A DNA stretch of 64,000 nt from an uncultured Thermoleophilia bacterium. Its GTDB lineage: Bacteria > Actinomycetota > Thermoleophilia > UBA2241. The notes beneath the pieces were generated by a model, which searched no databases, had not been told where the DNA came from, and saw only the letters and a list, made by a program, of their open reading frames with translations. The DNA lies in NCBI GenBank assembly GCA_963702475.1, contig CAVPCT010000005.1:1-64000 (forward strand), read 5' to 3'. Positions 49,511 through 58,834 of the stretch are shown piece after piece (position 1 is the first letter of the stretch; every line of letters starts with the position of its first letter). Made by a program: the position numbers and the translations under genes.

Positions 49511-50268
49511 GGCGCCTTCCCGGAGTCCCAAAGCTCTTCGAGCAGGCGTTTTTCGCGCAGCGTATCCATCGGCTGCCAGAAGCCATTGTGACGATACGCG
49601 CCGAGCTGACCGTCGGCGGCGAGGTGCTCCAGGGGCTCCTGCTCGAACACGATGTGGTCGCCCTCGATGTAGTCCAGTACGCCGGGCTCGAGCACGAAGA
49701 AGCCGCCGTTCATCCAGGCGCCGTCGCCGCGCGGCTTCTCGATGAAGCAGCTCACCTCGGCCTCGTCCTCGCCCAACTCGAGCGCGCCGAAGCGCCCCGG
49801 TGGCTGTACTGCCGTCACCGTCGCCAGTCGCCCGTGCTGCTCGTGGAAGGCGAGCAGCGCGTGCAGGTCCACGTCGGAGACGCCGTCGCCGTAGGTCATC
49901 ATGAAGCGCTGCCCGTCGAGATACCGCGCGACACGCTTGACGCGGCCGCCCGTGTCGGTGAGCGCCCCTGTGTCGACCAGGGTCACGCGCCACGGCTCCA
50001 CCGCGTTCTCATGCACCTCCATACCTTGCCCCTGCAGGTCGAAGGTCACGTCGCAATTGTGCAGGAAGTAGTTGGCGAAGTACTCCTTGATCACGTAGCC
50101 CTTGTAGCCCAGGCAGATGACGAAGTCGCAGAACCCCTGCTCCCCATACCCCTTCATGATGTGCCAGAGGATCGGGAACTCACCGATCTCGGCCATGGGC
50201 TTGGGCTTGACCTGCGTCTCCTCGGCGAGACGTGTGCCGAGGCCGCCGGCGAGGATGACGACCTTCAT
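49495..50268 (-). CDS. rfbF: Glucose-1-phosphate cytidylyltransferase
   Basis: MKVVILAGGLGTRLAEET..PKPM, TYGDG, MNGGFFV, FWQPMDTLR, APWKTW. Confidence 0.97.
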   Translation of the reverse strand: MKVVILAGGLGTRLAEETQVKPKPMAEIGEFPILWHIMKGYGEQGFCDFVICLGYKGYVIKEYFANYFLHNCDVTFDLQGQGMEVHENAVEPWRVTLVDTGALTDTGGRVKRVARYLDGQRFMMTYGDGVSDVDLHALLAFHEQHGRLATVTAVQPPGRFGALELGEDEAEVSCFIEKPRGDGAWMNGGFFVLEPGVLDYIEGDHIVFEQEPLEHLAADGQLGAYRHNGFWQPMDTLREKRLLEELWDSGKAPWKTW

Positions 50269-50401
50269 AGGGCCTCCGCGACTGCCAGACTGTGTGGAGT
50301 TCATCGGCGCGTCTCGACGAACGCTGTAGCGCGCCACATCAAGCAAGAATTCGACGTGCGACCGGGCTCCCCTCGGGCTGGCGAGCAACCCCAGCGCCGG
50401 G

Positions 50402-51736
50402 TCAAGCGAGCGCCACCCTGAGCGTCCAGGCCACGGATACCGCCACGACGGCGGCCCAGCGCAGGATGTCGACGCGCCCCACCGGCCGTCCACCCGCCGC
50501 GACGAGAGCGAGCAGGCTGAGGAGCACCGCGAAATCAACGTAGCGCTGGAACCACACGGTGTTCGCGGCCGTACTGAGCACGACGGCCAGCAGCGCGGCA
50601 ACGAACAGCCGGTCCACGGGCTCCCTGGTACGGGTGAGCGCCAGAGCCGCCAGAACGGCGAGCCCGGCCGGCACGCACAGCCACCACACGATGCTGACGC
50701 CGCCGACGCCCGGCCAGGCGTCGAGCAGCGGACTCAGCAGCCCGATCCCGTACGGATCGCGACCGCCCAGCTCACCCATGCCCCCGATGGCGACGGCGAC
50801 CACACCGAGCACAATCGCCGCGAGCACGGCGGCGAGCCCGCGGCGGCCCAGGCGCGACGGAAGCTCCCGCACCTCGGCGGCGGGCGCCAGCAGGACCCCC
50901 CACACGCCGACGACTGCGAGGCTCAACAGGACACTGTGCAGGCGCGCGGAGGCCGGCTCCGTTTGTGCGCTCCCCGAGGGCAGCAGTCCGCCCCAGCTGA
51001 CGAGGAGTGCCGCGAGGGGCACCAGACCGGCGGCGACGAACGCGAGAGCGACCAACTTGCGTCGCGGCGTACAGGCGGCCGCGGCGACCGCGACCACAGC
51101 GGGCACGTACAGCCACACGGCGACCTGACGCATGAGGCTGGCAACGCAGGCACACACGACCGCGAGCGCGAACCGCCACAGCTGAGGCGTGCGGACCCAC
51201 GCCACGAGGCCCGCCAGCGACAGCACCACGAACAGCCAGGTGGGGTTGTCCGTGAGCACGTAGAACGACTCACCGAAGAAGAACGGCGAGACTGCCAGCA
51301 TGAAGGCGAACGCGAGGGCGACAGCCGGCCGCGCCTTGAGCCCGTCGCGGAACAGCTCGTAGGCGGCGACGCACGTCGCCCACGACAGGACGGCCACGAC
51401 GACCCGGGTGGCCTCCAGTGAGGAGCCGAGCGGGCGGGCGAGCCCCGCGAGCAGCCAGTACACCAGAGGCCCTGACCAGGACTCATACCCGTTCGTCACC
51501 AGCCGGGGCCAGGCTGCCGCCACCCGCTCCACAGCCCCGTAGAAGTGGTGCAGCTCGTCGTACGACTGGTAGACCTGGAACGGGTGCCTCAGCCCACCGC
51601 TGGCGACCACGACGGCGACGAAGGGCAGGGCGAGCGCAATGACGTGGACGAGCCGGGAGGTCGCGAGCAGACGCCGAAGGTCGCGGCGGCGGGAGACAGC
51701 CGGCCCGCCGCTCACCGCCACGTGGTCGCCAGCCAT
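50402..51736 (-). CDS. Polytopic membrane protein, probable GT-C (ArnT/PMT-like) glycosyltransferase
   Basis: YDELHH after TM1, GPLVYW, LTDNP, MRQ, FQRY; more than 10 TMs. Confidence 0.62.
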   Translation of the reverse strand: MAGDHVAVSGGPAVSRRRDLRRLLATSRLVHVIALALPFVAVVVASGGLRHPFQVYQSYDELHHFYGAVERVAAAWPRLVTNGYESWSGPLVYWLLAGLARPLGSSLEATRVVVAVLSWATCVAAYELFRDGLKARPAVALAFAFMLAVSPFFFGESFYVLTDNPTWLFVVLSLAGLVAWVRTPQLWRFALAVVCACVASLMRQVAVWLYVPAVVAVAAAACTPRRKLVALAFVAAGLVPLAALLVSWGGLLPSGSAQTEPASARLHSVLLSLAVVGVWGVLLAPAAEVRELPSRLGRRGLAAVLAAIVLGVVAVAIGGMGELGGRDPYGIGLLSPLLDAWPGVGGVSIVWWLCVPAGLAVLAALALTRTREPVDRLFVAALLAVVLSTAANTVWFQRYVDFAVLLSLLALVAAGGRPVGRVDILRWAAVVAVSVAWTLRVALA

Positions 51737-51767
51737 GGAGCCCCTCGCGCCCGGCGGAGGCCGCCGG

Positions 51768-52550
51768 TCAGAACCCCAACGCGACGGTCAGCAGGAAGTA
51801 GGCAGCCACAGCAGTCCACATCAGCGCATCGAAGCGGTCGAGCACGCCGCCGTGGCCGGGGATGCCGCGGCCCGAGTCCTTGATCTGCACGTCGCGCTTC
51901 ACGAGACTCTCGAAGAGGTCGCCGAGCGGGCCTACGACGGCGATCACGGCGCCGAGGGCGAGCGAGTCGACCGGGCCGAGCGGCGTGTACAGGCCGATGA
52001 AGACCACGAGCAGCACGGTGCCGATGGCGCCTCCCGCGAAGCCCTCCCAGGTCTTCTTGGGCGAGAGTTTGGGCGCCATGGGCGTGGACCCGAAGAAGCG
52101 GCCGGTGAAGTAGGCCATGGTGTCGCCGGCCCAGGTGCCGAACACGACAGTGAGCACCGCGGCCGTGCCCACGTCGAGGCGGCGCATCAGGAGCAACGCG
52201 CTGAACCCGAGGCCGAGGTAGAGGATGCCGAGCAGCGTGACGGCCATGCGAACCGTGATGCCCGGGCGCGGTCCGGAGAAGATGCCCATCAACGCGACCA
52301 GCAACACGCTCAAGGCCATCGCCCCGAACACGCCGACCGGTGAGCGGAACCAGGCCATGTACAGCATCGCCGCGACGGAGATGAACCCGGCCAGCGGCAG
52401 CGGGTGGTACATCTTGGTCAGCCGGTAGAACTCGTTGAGCCCGAGGATGGCCAGGGCGAGCATCAGGAAGAAGTAGACGAGCCCGCCGTGGACGACCACC
52501 ACGACTGCCAGGACGGCGAGGACGACGCCGGTGATGATGCGGGTGGTCAC
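51768..52550 (-). CDS. cdsA: Phosphatidate cytidylyltransferase
   Basis: DTMAYFTGR, SPKKTWEG, GDLFESLVKR..KDSG..PGHGGVLDRFD. Confidence 0.97.
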   Translation of the reverse strand: MTTRIITGVVLAVLAVVVVVHGGLVYFFLMLALAILGLNEFYRLTKMYHPLPLAGFISVAAMLYMAWFRSPVGVFGAMALSVLLVALMGIFSGPRPGITVRMAVTLLGILYLGLGFSALLLMRRLDVGTAAVLTVVFGTWAGDTMAYFTGRFFGSTPMAPKLSPKKTWEGFAGGAIGTVLLVVFIGLYTPLGPVDSLALGAVIAVVGPLGDLFESLVKRDVQIKDSGRGIPGHGGVLDRFDALMWTAVAAYFLLTVALGF

Positions 52551-53437
52551 GAGGCGGCCTCCGGAGGAGCCGAGCCGGCCGCCTCGTGCAGGTCCGCGGC
52601 GCCGCGCGCCGGCGCGGATCCGCCGTCGCCGGCCGCGTCCCGGCCCCCGAAGCGCCGCTGGCGGCGCGCGTACTCGGCCAGCGCCTCGTCCAGCTCCGCC
52701 TCGTCGAAGTCCGGCCACAGGCGGTCGCTGAAGTACAACTCGGAGTAGGCGCACTGCCAGAGGAGGAAGTTACTGATGCGGAGCTCCCCGGACGTGCGGA
52801 TCAGGAGCTCCGGGTCGTGCATCTCGGGTGCGTAGAGGTGACGGCGAAAGTCGTCGTCGGTCAGGACCGGCGCGGCCGCGCCTGCGGCCGCCGCGCCCGA
52901 CCCTGCGCCCCGCGCAACCGCCTCGGCAACCAGCCCCGCGGCCGCGTCCAGCAGCTCACGGCGTCCGCCGTAGTTGAAGGCGATGTACAGCGTCATGCGC
53001 GTGTTGGCGGCGGTGAGCGCCTCGGCCTCCTCGATGCGACGCGCCAGCTTCTCCGGCACGCCCTGGCGACTCCCGACGAAGCGCACGCGCGCGCCGCGCT
53101 CGTGCATGTCGGGCACCTGCGAATCTATCATCTCGACGAAGAGGTCCATGAGCGCGGCCACCTCTCCCTGTGGCCGGTTCCAGTTCTCGGTCGAGAACGA
53201 GTAGACGGTGACCTCCCTGATTCCCAGGTCGAGCGCGTGCTCAAGCACGCGGCGCAGCGTCTTCGCGCCTGCCCGATGGCCGGCGGCCACCGGCAGGCGC
53301 CGGCGCTGCGCCCAGCGTCCGTTGCCGTCCATGATGATGGCGATGTAACGGGCGGTGGCGCCGCCCGCCGCAGGCTCGGCGGCGCCGCGCGCGCCCCGCA
53401 GGCGCCAGCGCACGAGCCACGTCCGCAGTGAGGCCAT
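52547..53437 (-). CDS. uppS: Undecaprenyl/polyprenyl diphosphate synthase
   Basis: IMDGNGRWA, FSTENWNR, NYGGR, IRTSGELRISNFLLWQ, RRFGG. Confidence 0.97.
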   Translation of the reverse strand: MASLRTWLVRWRLRGARGAAEPAAGGATARYIAIIMDGNGRWAQRRRLPVAAGHRAGAKTLRRVLEHALDLGIREVTVYSFSTENWNRPQGEVAALMDLFVEMIDSQVPDMHERGARVRFVGSRQGVPEKLARRIEEAEALTAANTRMTLYIAFNYGGRRELLDAAAGLVAEAVARGAGSGAAAAGAAAPVLTDDDFRRHLYAPEMHDPELLIRTSGELRISNFLLWQCAYSELYFSDRLWPDFDEAELDEALAEYARRQRRFGGRDAAGDGGSAPARGAADLHEAAGSAPPEAAS

Positions 53438-53486
53438 CGCCGTCGTCGTCCCGAGAGGCGTCGCGGCCGCCGCAGCGGCCCCGGCG

Positions 53487-54044
53487 TCAGACCTCGAGGA
53501 TCTCCGCTTCCTTGCGCTTCAGGAGGTCGTCGATCTGGTGGACGTGGTCGTCGGTGTACTTCTGGAGCTCCTTCTCGGCGCGCACCTCGGCGTCCTCGCC
53601 GACCTCACCCTCGTGCACCAGGTCCTTGAGGTCCTTCATACAGTCGCGGCGGATGTTGCGCACGGCCACCTTGCCGTCCTCGGCGAGCCGGTGGACCAGC
53701 TTGACCAGGTCGCGCCGGCGCTCCTCCGTCAGCGTCGGGATCGGCAGACGGATCACCGTGCCGTCGCTGCTGGGATTGAGGCCCAGGTCCGACTCCATGA
53801 TGGCCTTCTCGATGCTTCTCATGGCCGTCTTGTCGAACGGCTGCACCGTGAGCAGGCGCGCTTCCGGCGCGGCGATGTTCGCCATCTGCTTGAGAGGAGT
53901 GGACGTGCCGTAGTAGTCCACGTGGATGCGGTCCAGCAGGCCGACGCTGGCGCGGCCGCTGCGGACCGTGTTGAACTCCGTCTTCACGGCCTCGGCCGCC
54001 TTGTCCATGCGGTGCCTCGCGTCGGCGAGCAGCTCTTTCTCCAC
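53487..54044 (-). CDS. frr: Ribosome recycling factor
   Basis: VRSGRA, DYYG, LGLNP, LTEERRRDLVK, VRNIRRD. Confidence 0.98.
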   Translation of the reverse strand: MEKELLADARHRMDKAAEAVKTEFNTVRSGRASVGLLDRIHVDYYGTSTPLKQMANIAAPEARLLTVQPFDKTAMRSIEKAIMESDLGLNPSSDGTVIRLPIPTLTEERRRDLVKLVHRLAEDGKVAVRNIRRDCMKDLKDLVHEGEVGEDAEVRAEKELQKYTDDHVHQIDDLLKRKEAEILEV

Positions 54045-54066
54045 GGGGTCCTCCCTTGTCCCGGGG

Positions 54067-54804
54067 TCAGCAGTCTGCGGGCGTGCGGACCACCGTGCCC
54101 ACGCGTTCCCCGCACAGCACGCGCACGATGTTGTCGCCCGTCATCTTGAAGACGTGTATCGGCATGTTGTTGTCCATGCAGAGACTGAGCGCGGTGGTGT
54201 CCATCACCGCCAGACCCCGATCAATGGCCTCGAGGTGCGTGAGCTCCGGGATGAAGACGGCGCTCGGGTCCTTCTCCGGGTCGGCCGTGTACACGCCGTC
54301 GTAGGTGCGTTTGGCCATGAGGATGGCGTCGGCTTCGAGCTCGAGGGCGCGCAGCGCGGCCGCGGAGTCGGTGCTGAAGTACGGGTTGCCGGTGCCGGCG
54401 GCGCAGATGACCACACGTCCCCTCTCCAGGTGACGCATGGCCCGGCGGCGGATGTACGGCTCGCACACGGCGCGGATCTCGAGGGCGCTCACGACACGGG
54501 TGTCGACACCGGCGTCCTCCAGCGCGTTCTGCAACGCCAGGGCGTTCTGTACTGTGGCCAGCATGCCGATGTGGTCGCCGGTGGTGCGGTCCATACCACC
54601 CGCGGCGGCGGCCATGCCGCGGAAGATGTTGCCGCCGCCGACAACGATGGCGATGTCGACGTCAAGGCCGCGGGCGACCTTGATGGACTCGGCCAGGCGC
54701 TGGGTGGTCGCGGGGTCGATGGCCCGCGACTCGCCGCCCAGCGCCTGGCCGCTCAGTTTGAGAAGGACGCGGTGGAAGGCGCTGCTGAGGTGATCGCCTT
54801 CCAC
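54067..54804 (-). CDS. pyrH: UMP kinase
   Basis: LKLSG, VGGGNIFRG, GMLAT, GTGNPYFSTD, VMDTTA. Confidence 0.98.
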   Translation of the reverse strand: MEGDHLSSAFHRVLLKLSGQALGGESRAIDPATTQRLAESIKVARGLDVDIAIVVGGGNIFRGMAAAAGGMDRTTGDHIGMLATVQNALALQNALEDAGVDTRVVSALEIRAVCEPYIRRRAMRHLERGRVVICAAGTGNPYFSTDSAAALRALELEADAILMAKRTYDGVYTADPEKDPSAVFIPELTHLEAIDRGLAVMDTTALSLCMDNNMPIHVFKMTGDNIVRVLCGERVGTVVRTPADC

Positions 54805-54809
54805 GACCG

Positions 54810-55421
54810 TCAGCCCGCTACCGTGGTCTCGCCGAGCTGGAAGCGCACGAAGCGGCGCACCTCGACGTTCTCGCCGATGACGCCGATGAGGTCGGTGCGG
54901 ACCTGCTCGATGGTGCGGTCCGGGTCCTTGACGAAGGCCTGCTCCATGAGGCAGGTCTCGGCGAAGAACTTCTCCAGCTTGCCGGTGATGATCTTCTCGA
55001 CCACATTCTCGGGCTTGCCTTTGATCTGGTCGGACTCCGCGTAGATCGCCTTCTCGCGGGCGATGACGTCCTCGGGGACCTCGTCGCGCGCGACCCAGAG
55101 CGGCGCCGACGCGGCGACCTGCATCGCGAGGTCATGGGTGAACTCGCGGAACGGCTCGCTGCGCGAGACGAAGTCGGTCTCCACGCCGACCTCCACGAGT
55201 ACGCCGATCTTGCCGCCGGCGTGGATGTACGAATCCACGGCGCCATCCTTGGTGACCCGGGTGCTCTTCTTCTGGGCGGTGGCGAGACCCTGCTTGCGCA
55301 GCTCGTCCATGGCCATCTCCAGGTCGCCGGCGGTCGCGGCCAGGGCCTTCTTGCAGTCCATCATCCCGGCCCCGCTCTTCTCGCGGAGCTCCTTTACCAG
55401 TGCAGCGGTGATCTCAGCCAC
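54810..55421 (-). CDS. tsf: Elongation factor Ts (short ~200-aa form)
   Basis: VKELREKSGAGMMDCKKAL, ETDFV, RFVRFQLGE. Confidence 0.98.
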   Translation of the reverse strand: MAEITAALVKELREKSGAGMMDCKKALAATAGDLEMAMDELRKQGLATAQKKSTRVTKDGAVDSYIHAGGKIGVLVEVGVETDFVSRSEPFREFTHDLAMQVAASAPLWVARDEVPEDVIAREKAIYAESDQIKGKPENVVEKIITGKLEKFFAETCLMEQAFVKDPDRTIEQVRTDLIGVIGENVEVRRFVRFQLGETTVAG

Positions 55422-55463
55422 AGCACGTTCCTTTCGTAAGGTCGGCGTTGTTGCGCGTCGGGG

Positions 55464-56576
55464 TCACTCGGCCGGCTTGTCGCCCTCGGCGGGCTCGGCG
55501 GCCGAGGCCTCGGCGGGCTTGTCGTCGGCCTTGGGCTCGGCGGCGGGCTCCTTGGTCTTCGCGGAGGCGGCGGGCTTGTCGTCGGCCTTGGGCTCGGCCT
55601 TCTTGGCAGCCGGCTTCTTGACGGCCGGCTTGTCGGCGGCCGGCTTCTCGGCGGCAGGCTTGTCGGCCTTGGGCTCGGCCTTCTTGGCAGCCGGCTTGAC
55701 CTCAGCGGTCGCGGCGACCGGCGCGGCCGACGCCTTCTCCGTGGCGGCCTTTTCGGCGGCCTTGGCCTCGGCGTCGGCGGTGGCCTCGAGAGCGGCCTTC
55801 TCAGCGGCAGCCACGGCCTCGGCCACGGCGGCCTCTTCAGCGGCCTTACGCTCGGCCTCCGCCTTCATCTCAGCCTCGGTGAGGAGCTGCCGGCCCTCGG
55901 CGACGGCGTCGGCCATGACGCGCACGATGAGGTCGCAACTGCGGATGGCGTCGTCGTTGCCGGGGATGATGTAGTCGACCTCGTCGGGATCGCAGTTGGT
56001 GTCGACCAGGGCGACGATCGGGATCTTGAGCTTGCGCGCTTCCTTGACCACGATGGCCTCTTTGCGCGGGTCCACCACGAACACGGCCGCCGGGACGCGG
56101 TCCATGCCGGAGACGCCGCCGAGGTTCTGCTCGAGCTTGCGCAGATCGCCGCGCAGCTGCATGGCCTCGCGCGTGGGCAGCAGGTCGAGCGACCCGTCTT
56201 CTGAGAGCTGGCGGAGCTCGTGCATGCGCTTGATGCGCTTGCTGAGCGTGCTGAAGTTGGTCAGCAGGCCGCCCAGCCAGCGGTTGCACACGTACGGCAT
56301 GCCGATGCGCTGGGCCTGCTCCTTGATGACCTCCTGGCACTGTTTCTTGGTGCCCACGAAGAGCACGCCGCCGCCACGCTCGGACGTCTTCTTAAGGAAG
56401 GTGTAGGCCTCGTCGATGAGGACGGTGGTCTTCTGCAGGTCGATGATGTAGATACCGCCGCGCTCGCCGAAGATGTACTGCTTCATCTTCGGGTTCCAAC
56501 GGCGGGTCTGGTGGCCGAAGTGGACGCCGCTGGTGAGCAGGTCCTTCATGCTTACGGTGTGCTGGGTCGCAGCCAA
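55464..56576 (-). CDS. rpsB: 30S ribosomal protein S2 with a long Ala/Lys/Pro/Glu-rich tail
   Basis: [41 protein letters not shown]; AAGGAGG RBS before TTG 56576. Confidence 0.98.
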   Translation of the reverse strand: MAATQHTVSMKDLLTSGVHFGHQTRRWNPKMKQYIFGERGGIYIIDLQKTTVLIDEAYTFLKKTSERGGGVLFVGTKKQCQEVIKEQAQRIGMPYVCNRWLGGLLTNFSTLSKRIKRMHELRQLSEDGSLDLLPTREAMQLRGDLRKLEQNLGGVSGMDRVPAAVFVVDPRKEAIVVKEARKLKIPIVALVDTNCDPDEVDYIIPGNDDAIRSCDLIVRVMADAVAEGRQLLTEAEMKAEAERKAAEEAAVAEAVAAAEKAALEATADAEAKAAEKAATEKASAAPVAATAEVKPAAKKAEPKADKPAAEKPAADKPAVKKPAAKKAEPKADDKPAASAKTKEPAAEPKADDKPAEASAAEPAEGDKPAE

Positions 56577-56579
56577 CGC

Positions 56580-56775
56580 TGCCTCCTTCGGAGACGGTTC
56601 TCCGGCGGCGAGCTTCCGGCGCGGGAGCGCCGGCGGCCTGCGCCGCCACATGTCGGCCGGCGGACGGTCAGTGGAATCGGGCGGGCGGGCGCTCGCAAGC
56701 GCCTCCCGCCCGACACCGCCACGGACCGGGAGGTCCGCCGGGTCGGGGTGGGCACAACGGCCAAAAATGATACCA
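56580..56775 (-). promoter_or_regulatory. rpsB promoter (extended -10 TGgTATCAT) and structured 5' leader
   Basis: TGGTATCAT at 56775-56767 followed by a ~180-nt GC-rich leader with hairpins; S2 autoregulatory leaders are known at this position. Confidence 0.5.
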
Positions 56776-56874
56776 GAAGATCTGGGCGGCGCGCCAGTGC
56801 GACGGCGGTATACACTCGACCGAGAAGCGTCACAGGCGCGGGCGCGCCCGGGTGAGCCCTCCGGCGACCGGCCG

Positions 56875-57666
56875 TCAGCCGATGGCAGCCGGTTCGATCT
56901 CGTCGCGCAGCCGGCCCTTGAGGCGCAGGATGGCCTTGGTGTGCAGCTGCGAGACGCGCGACTCGGTGACCCCGAGCACCTCCCCGATCTCGCGCAGGGT
57001 GAGGTTCTCGTAGTAGTACAGCGCGATGACGATCTTCTCGCGCTTGGGCAACGCGTCGATGGCGGAGGCCAACCTGGCCTTCATCTCCGAGAGGTCGAGC
57101 AGCCGCGAAGGGTCGCGGCCCTTCGGGTCCTCGAGCGTGTCGATGAGCGACGCCTGGTCGCCGTCTGACCCCGAGATGGACCACAGCTCATCGAGAGCCA
57201 CGATGCTGGTGTTGGCGATCTGCGTGAGCGAGTGCTGGAACTCCGGCACGGAGATGCTGAGCTCGCGCGCGATCTCCTCGTCCGTCGGCGCACGCTGCAG
57301 GCGGTTCTCGAGGATGGCGCACACCTTCTCGATCTCGCGGGCCTTGCTGCGCACCGAGCGCGGCACCCAGTCCAGGGAACGCAGCTCGTCGATGATCGAC
57401 CCCTTGATGCGAGAGATGGCGTACGTCTCGAACTTGATCTCTCGCGACGGGTCGAACCGCTCGAGCGCCCCGATGAGCCCCAGCAGACCGTAGCTGATGA
57501 GGTCGGACTCCTCGATGTGGGAGGGCAGGCCGTTGCTCATGCGCCCGGCCACGTACTTGACCAGGGGCGAATACGCCAGGATGAGGCGGTCACGCGCCGC
57601 CCTGTCGCCCTGGTACTTATAGCGCTCCCAGAGTTCGCGCACCTTGTCCTCGTCCAGTCTCGCCAT
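56875..57666 (-). CDS. whiG: FliA/WhiG family sigma factor (sigma-28)
   Basis: [58 protein letters not shown]. Confidence 0.93.
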   Translation of the reverse strand: MARLDEDKVRELWERYKYQGDRAARDRLILAYSPLVKYVAGRMSNGLPSHIEESDLISYGLLGLIGALERFDPSREIKFETYAISRIKGSIIDELRSLDWVPRSVRSKAREIEKVCAILENRLQRAPTDEEIARELSISVPEFQHSLTQIANTSIVALDELWSISGSDGDQASLIDTLEDPKGRDPSRLLDLSEMKARLASAIDALPKREKIVIALYYYENLTLREIGEVLGVTESRVSQLHTKAILRLKGRLRDEIEPAAIG

Positions 57667-57703
57667 GATCAGCTCGTTGCAGCGCCAGCTCCGCGGGCAG
57701 GAC

Positions 57704-58723
57704 TCACGCCCGCGGGTGATGCAAGTCGTACACCCGCCGCAGGTGTGCCCCGCTCACGTGCGTGTACACCTGGGTCGTCGCCACCGACGCGTGGCCCAAC
57801 AGTTCCTGGATCGCCCGTAGATCTGCGCCCCTCTCAAGCATATGCGTAGCATAGGCATGACGCAGCATGTGCGGTGAAGCCGCGTCGATGCCTGCACGTT
57901 GCGAGTATTTTACAACGAGCCGGCGTATGTCCGAAGTGAGCAGTGCGCGTCCCGCTCGAGAGAGGAACACTCTGCCTTCGTCGGCCGCCCCCCTGGCGAG
58001 CAGCCGGGGGCGGCCACGCTCCAGGTACCGGCGCACCGACCCGGCGGCCTCCTCTCCGAGCGGCACCACCCTGGTCTTGGCGCCCTTGCCGTGCACGAGC
58101 AGCTGCGCCTGGGCCATGTCGACGTCAGCCAGGCGCAGCCCCACCGCCTCCTGGCTGCGCAGCCCGCAGCCGTAGAGCAGCTCGAGGACCGTGCGGTCCC
58201 GCAGAGCAAGCGGCTCCGTGCCGTCGGCCGCGGCCAGCATCGCCTCGACGTCGCTCAGGCTGAGCACGCGCGGCAGACGGCGGCGGCGGCGCGGCCCCGG
58301 CAGCAGACGCGTGGGGTCGGCCGGCAGCACGCCGCGCTCGCTGAGAAAGCGGCAGAGGCCACGCAGCGTGGAGAGCTTGCGGGCGAGCGTCGCCGGCGCG
58401 TACCCGCGCCGGCCCAGCTCGCCCGAGAAGGCGCGCGCGCTGCGGCGGTCGAGATCGTCCACCGTCTGGCCACGCCCCTCCAGCCAGTCGAGCAACTGGC
58501 GAAGGTCCGATGCGTAGGAACGCCGGGTCGCCGCGCTGCCGCCTCGAACCTGCAAATCACGGAGGAAGGCGGCACAGCGTCCCTGGGGATCGGCGGCCCG
58601 GATGACGGCAGGACCGGCCTCGATGTCCGTTCCGGAGCCGGCCCGGTCCACGGCGTCGCGGGGCCGGGCGGCAACGCTCTGGGACTGTGGGACTCGCGGT
58701 CGCTGCGGAACAGGCAAGGGCAC
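57704..58723 (-). CDS. xerC: Tyrosine recombinase XerC/XerD family (start uncertain)
   Basis: YGCGLRSQE, GKGAKTR, HMLRHAYATH, LLGH, TQVYTH; housekeeping position after dprA. Confidence 0.9.
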   Translation of the reverse strand: MPLPVPQRPRVPQSQSVAARPRDAVDRAGSGTDIEAGPAVIRAADPQGRCAAFLRDLQVRGGSAATRRSYASDLRQLLDWLEGRGQTVDDLDRRSARAFSGELGRRGYAPATLARKLSTLRGLCRFLSERGVLPADPTRLLPGPRRRRRLPRVLSLSDVEAMLAAADGTEPLALRDRTVLELLYGCGLRSQEAVGLRLADVDMAQAQLLVHGKGAKTRVVPLGEEAAGSVRRYLERGRPRLLARGAADEGRVFLSRAGRALLTSDIRRLVVKYSQRAGIDAASPHMLRHAYATHMLERGADLRAIQELLGHASVATTQVYTHVSGAHLRRVYDLHHPRA

Positions 58724-58834
58724 CCCCCTGAGGCGCCCTACCTTTCAACGCGCCGCCGCGGCACTCCTTCCGACTGCGTGGCAGTTCTCGCTGGCGCCGG
58801 CACCGGCGACCGGCGTTGCCCCGCGCCGGACCGT

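Noticed and set aside
54810-55421. Short EF-Ts as a truncated gene
   Set aside because: The ~200-aa form is a known natural variant, and both the N-terminal and C-terminal motifs are intact.
57704-58723. Tyrosine recombinase as a prophage or island integrase
   Set aside because: It lies in the housekeeping dprA-xerC-rpsB context with no att site, tRNA or phage genes.
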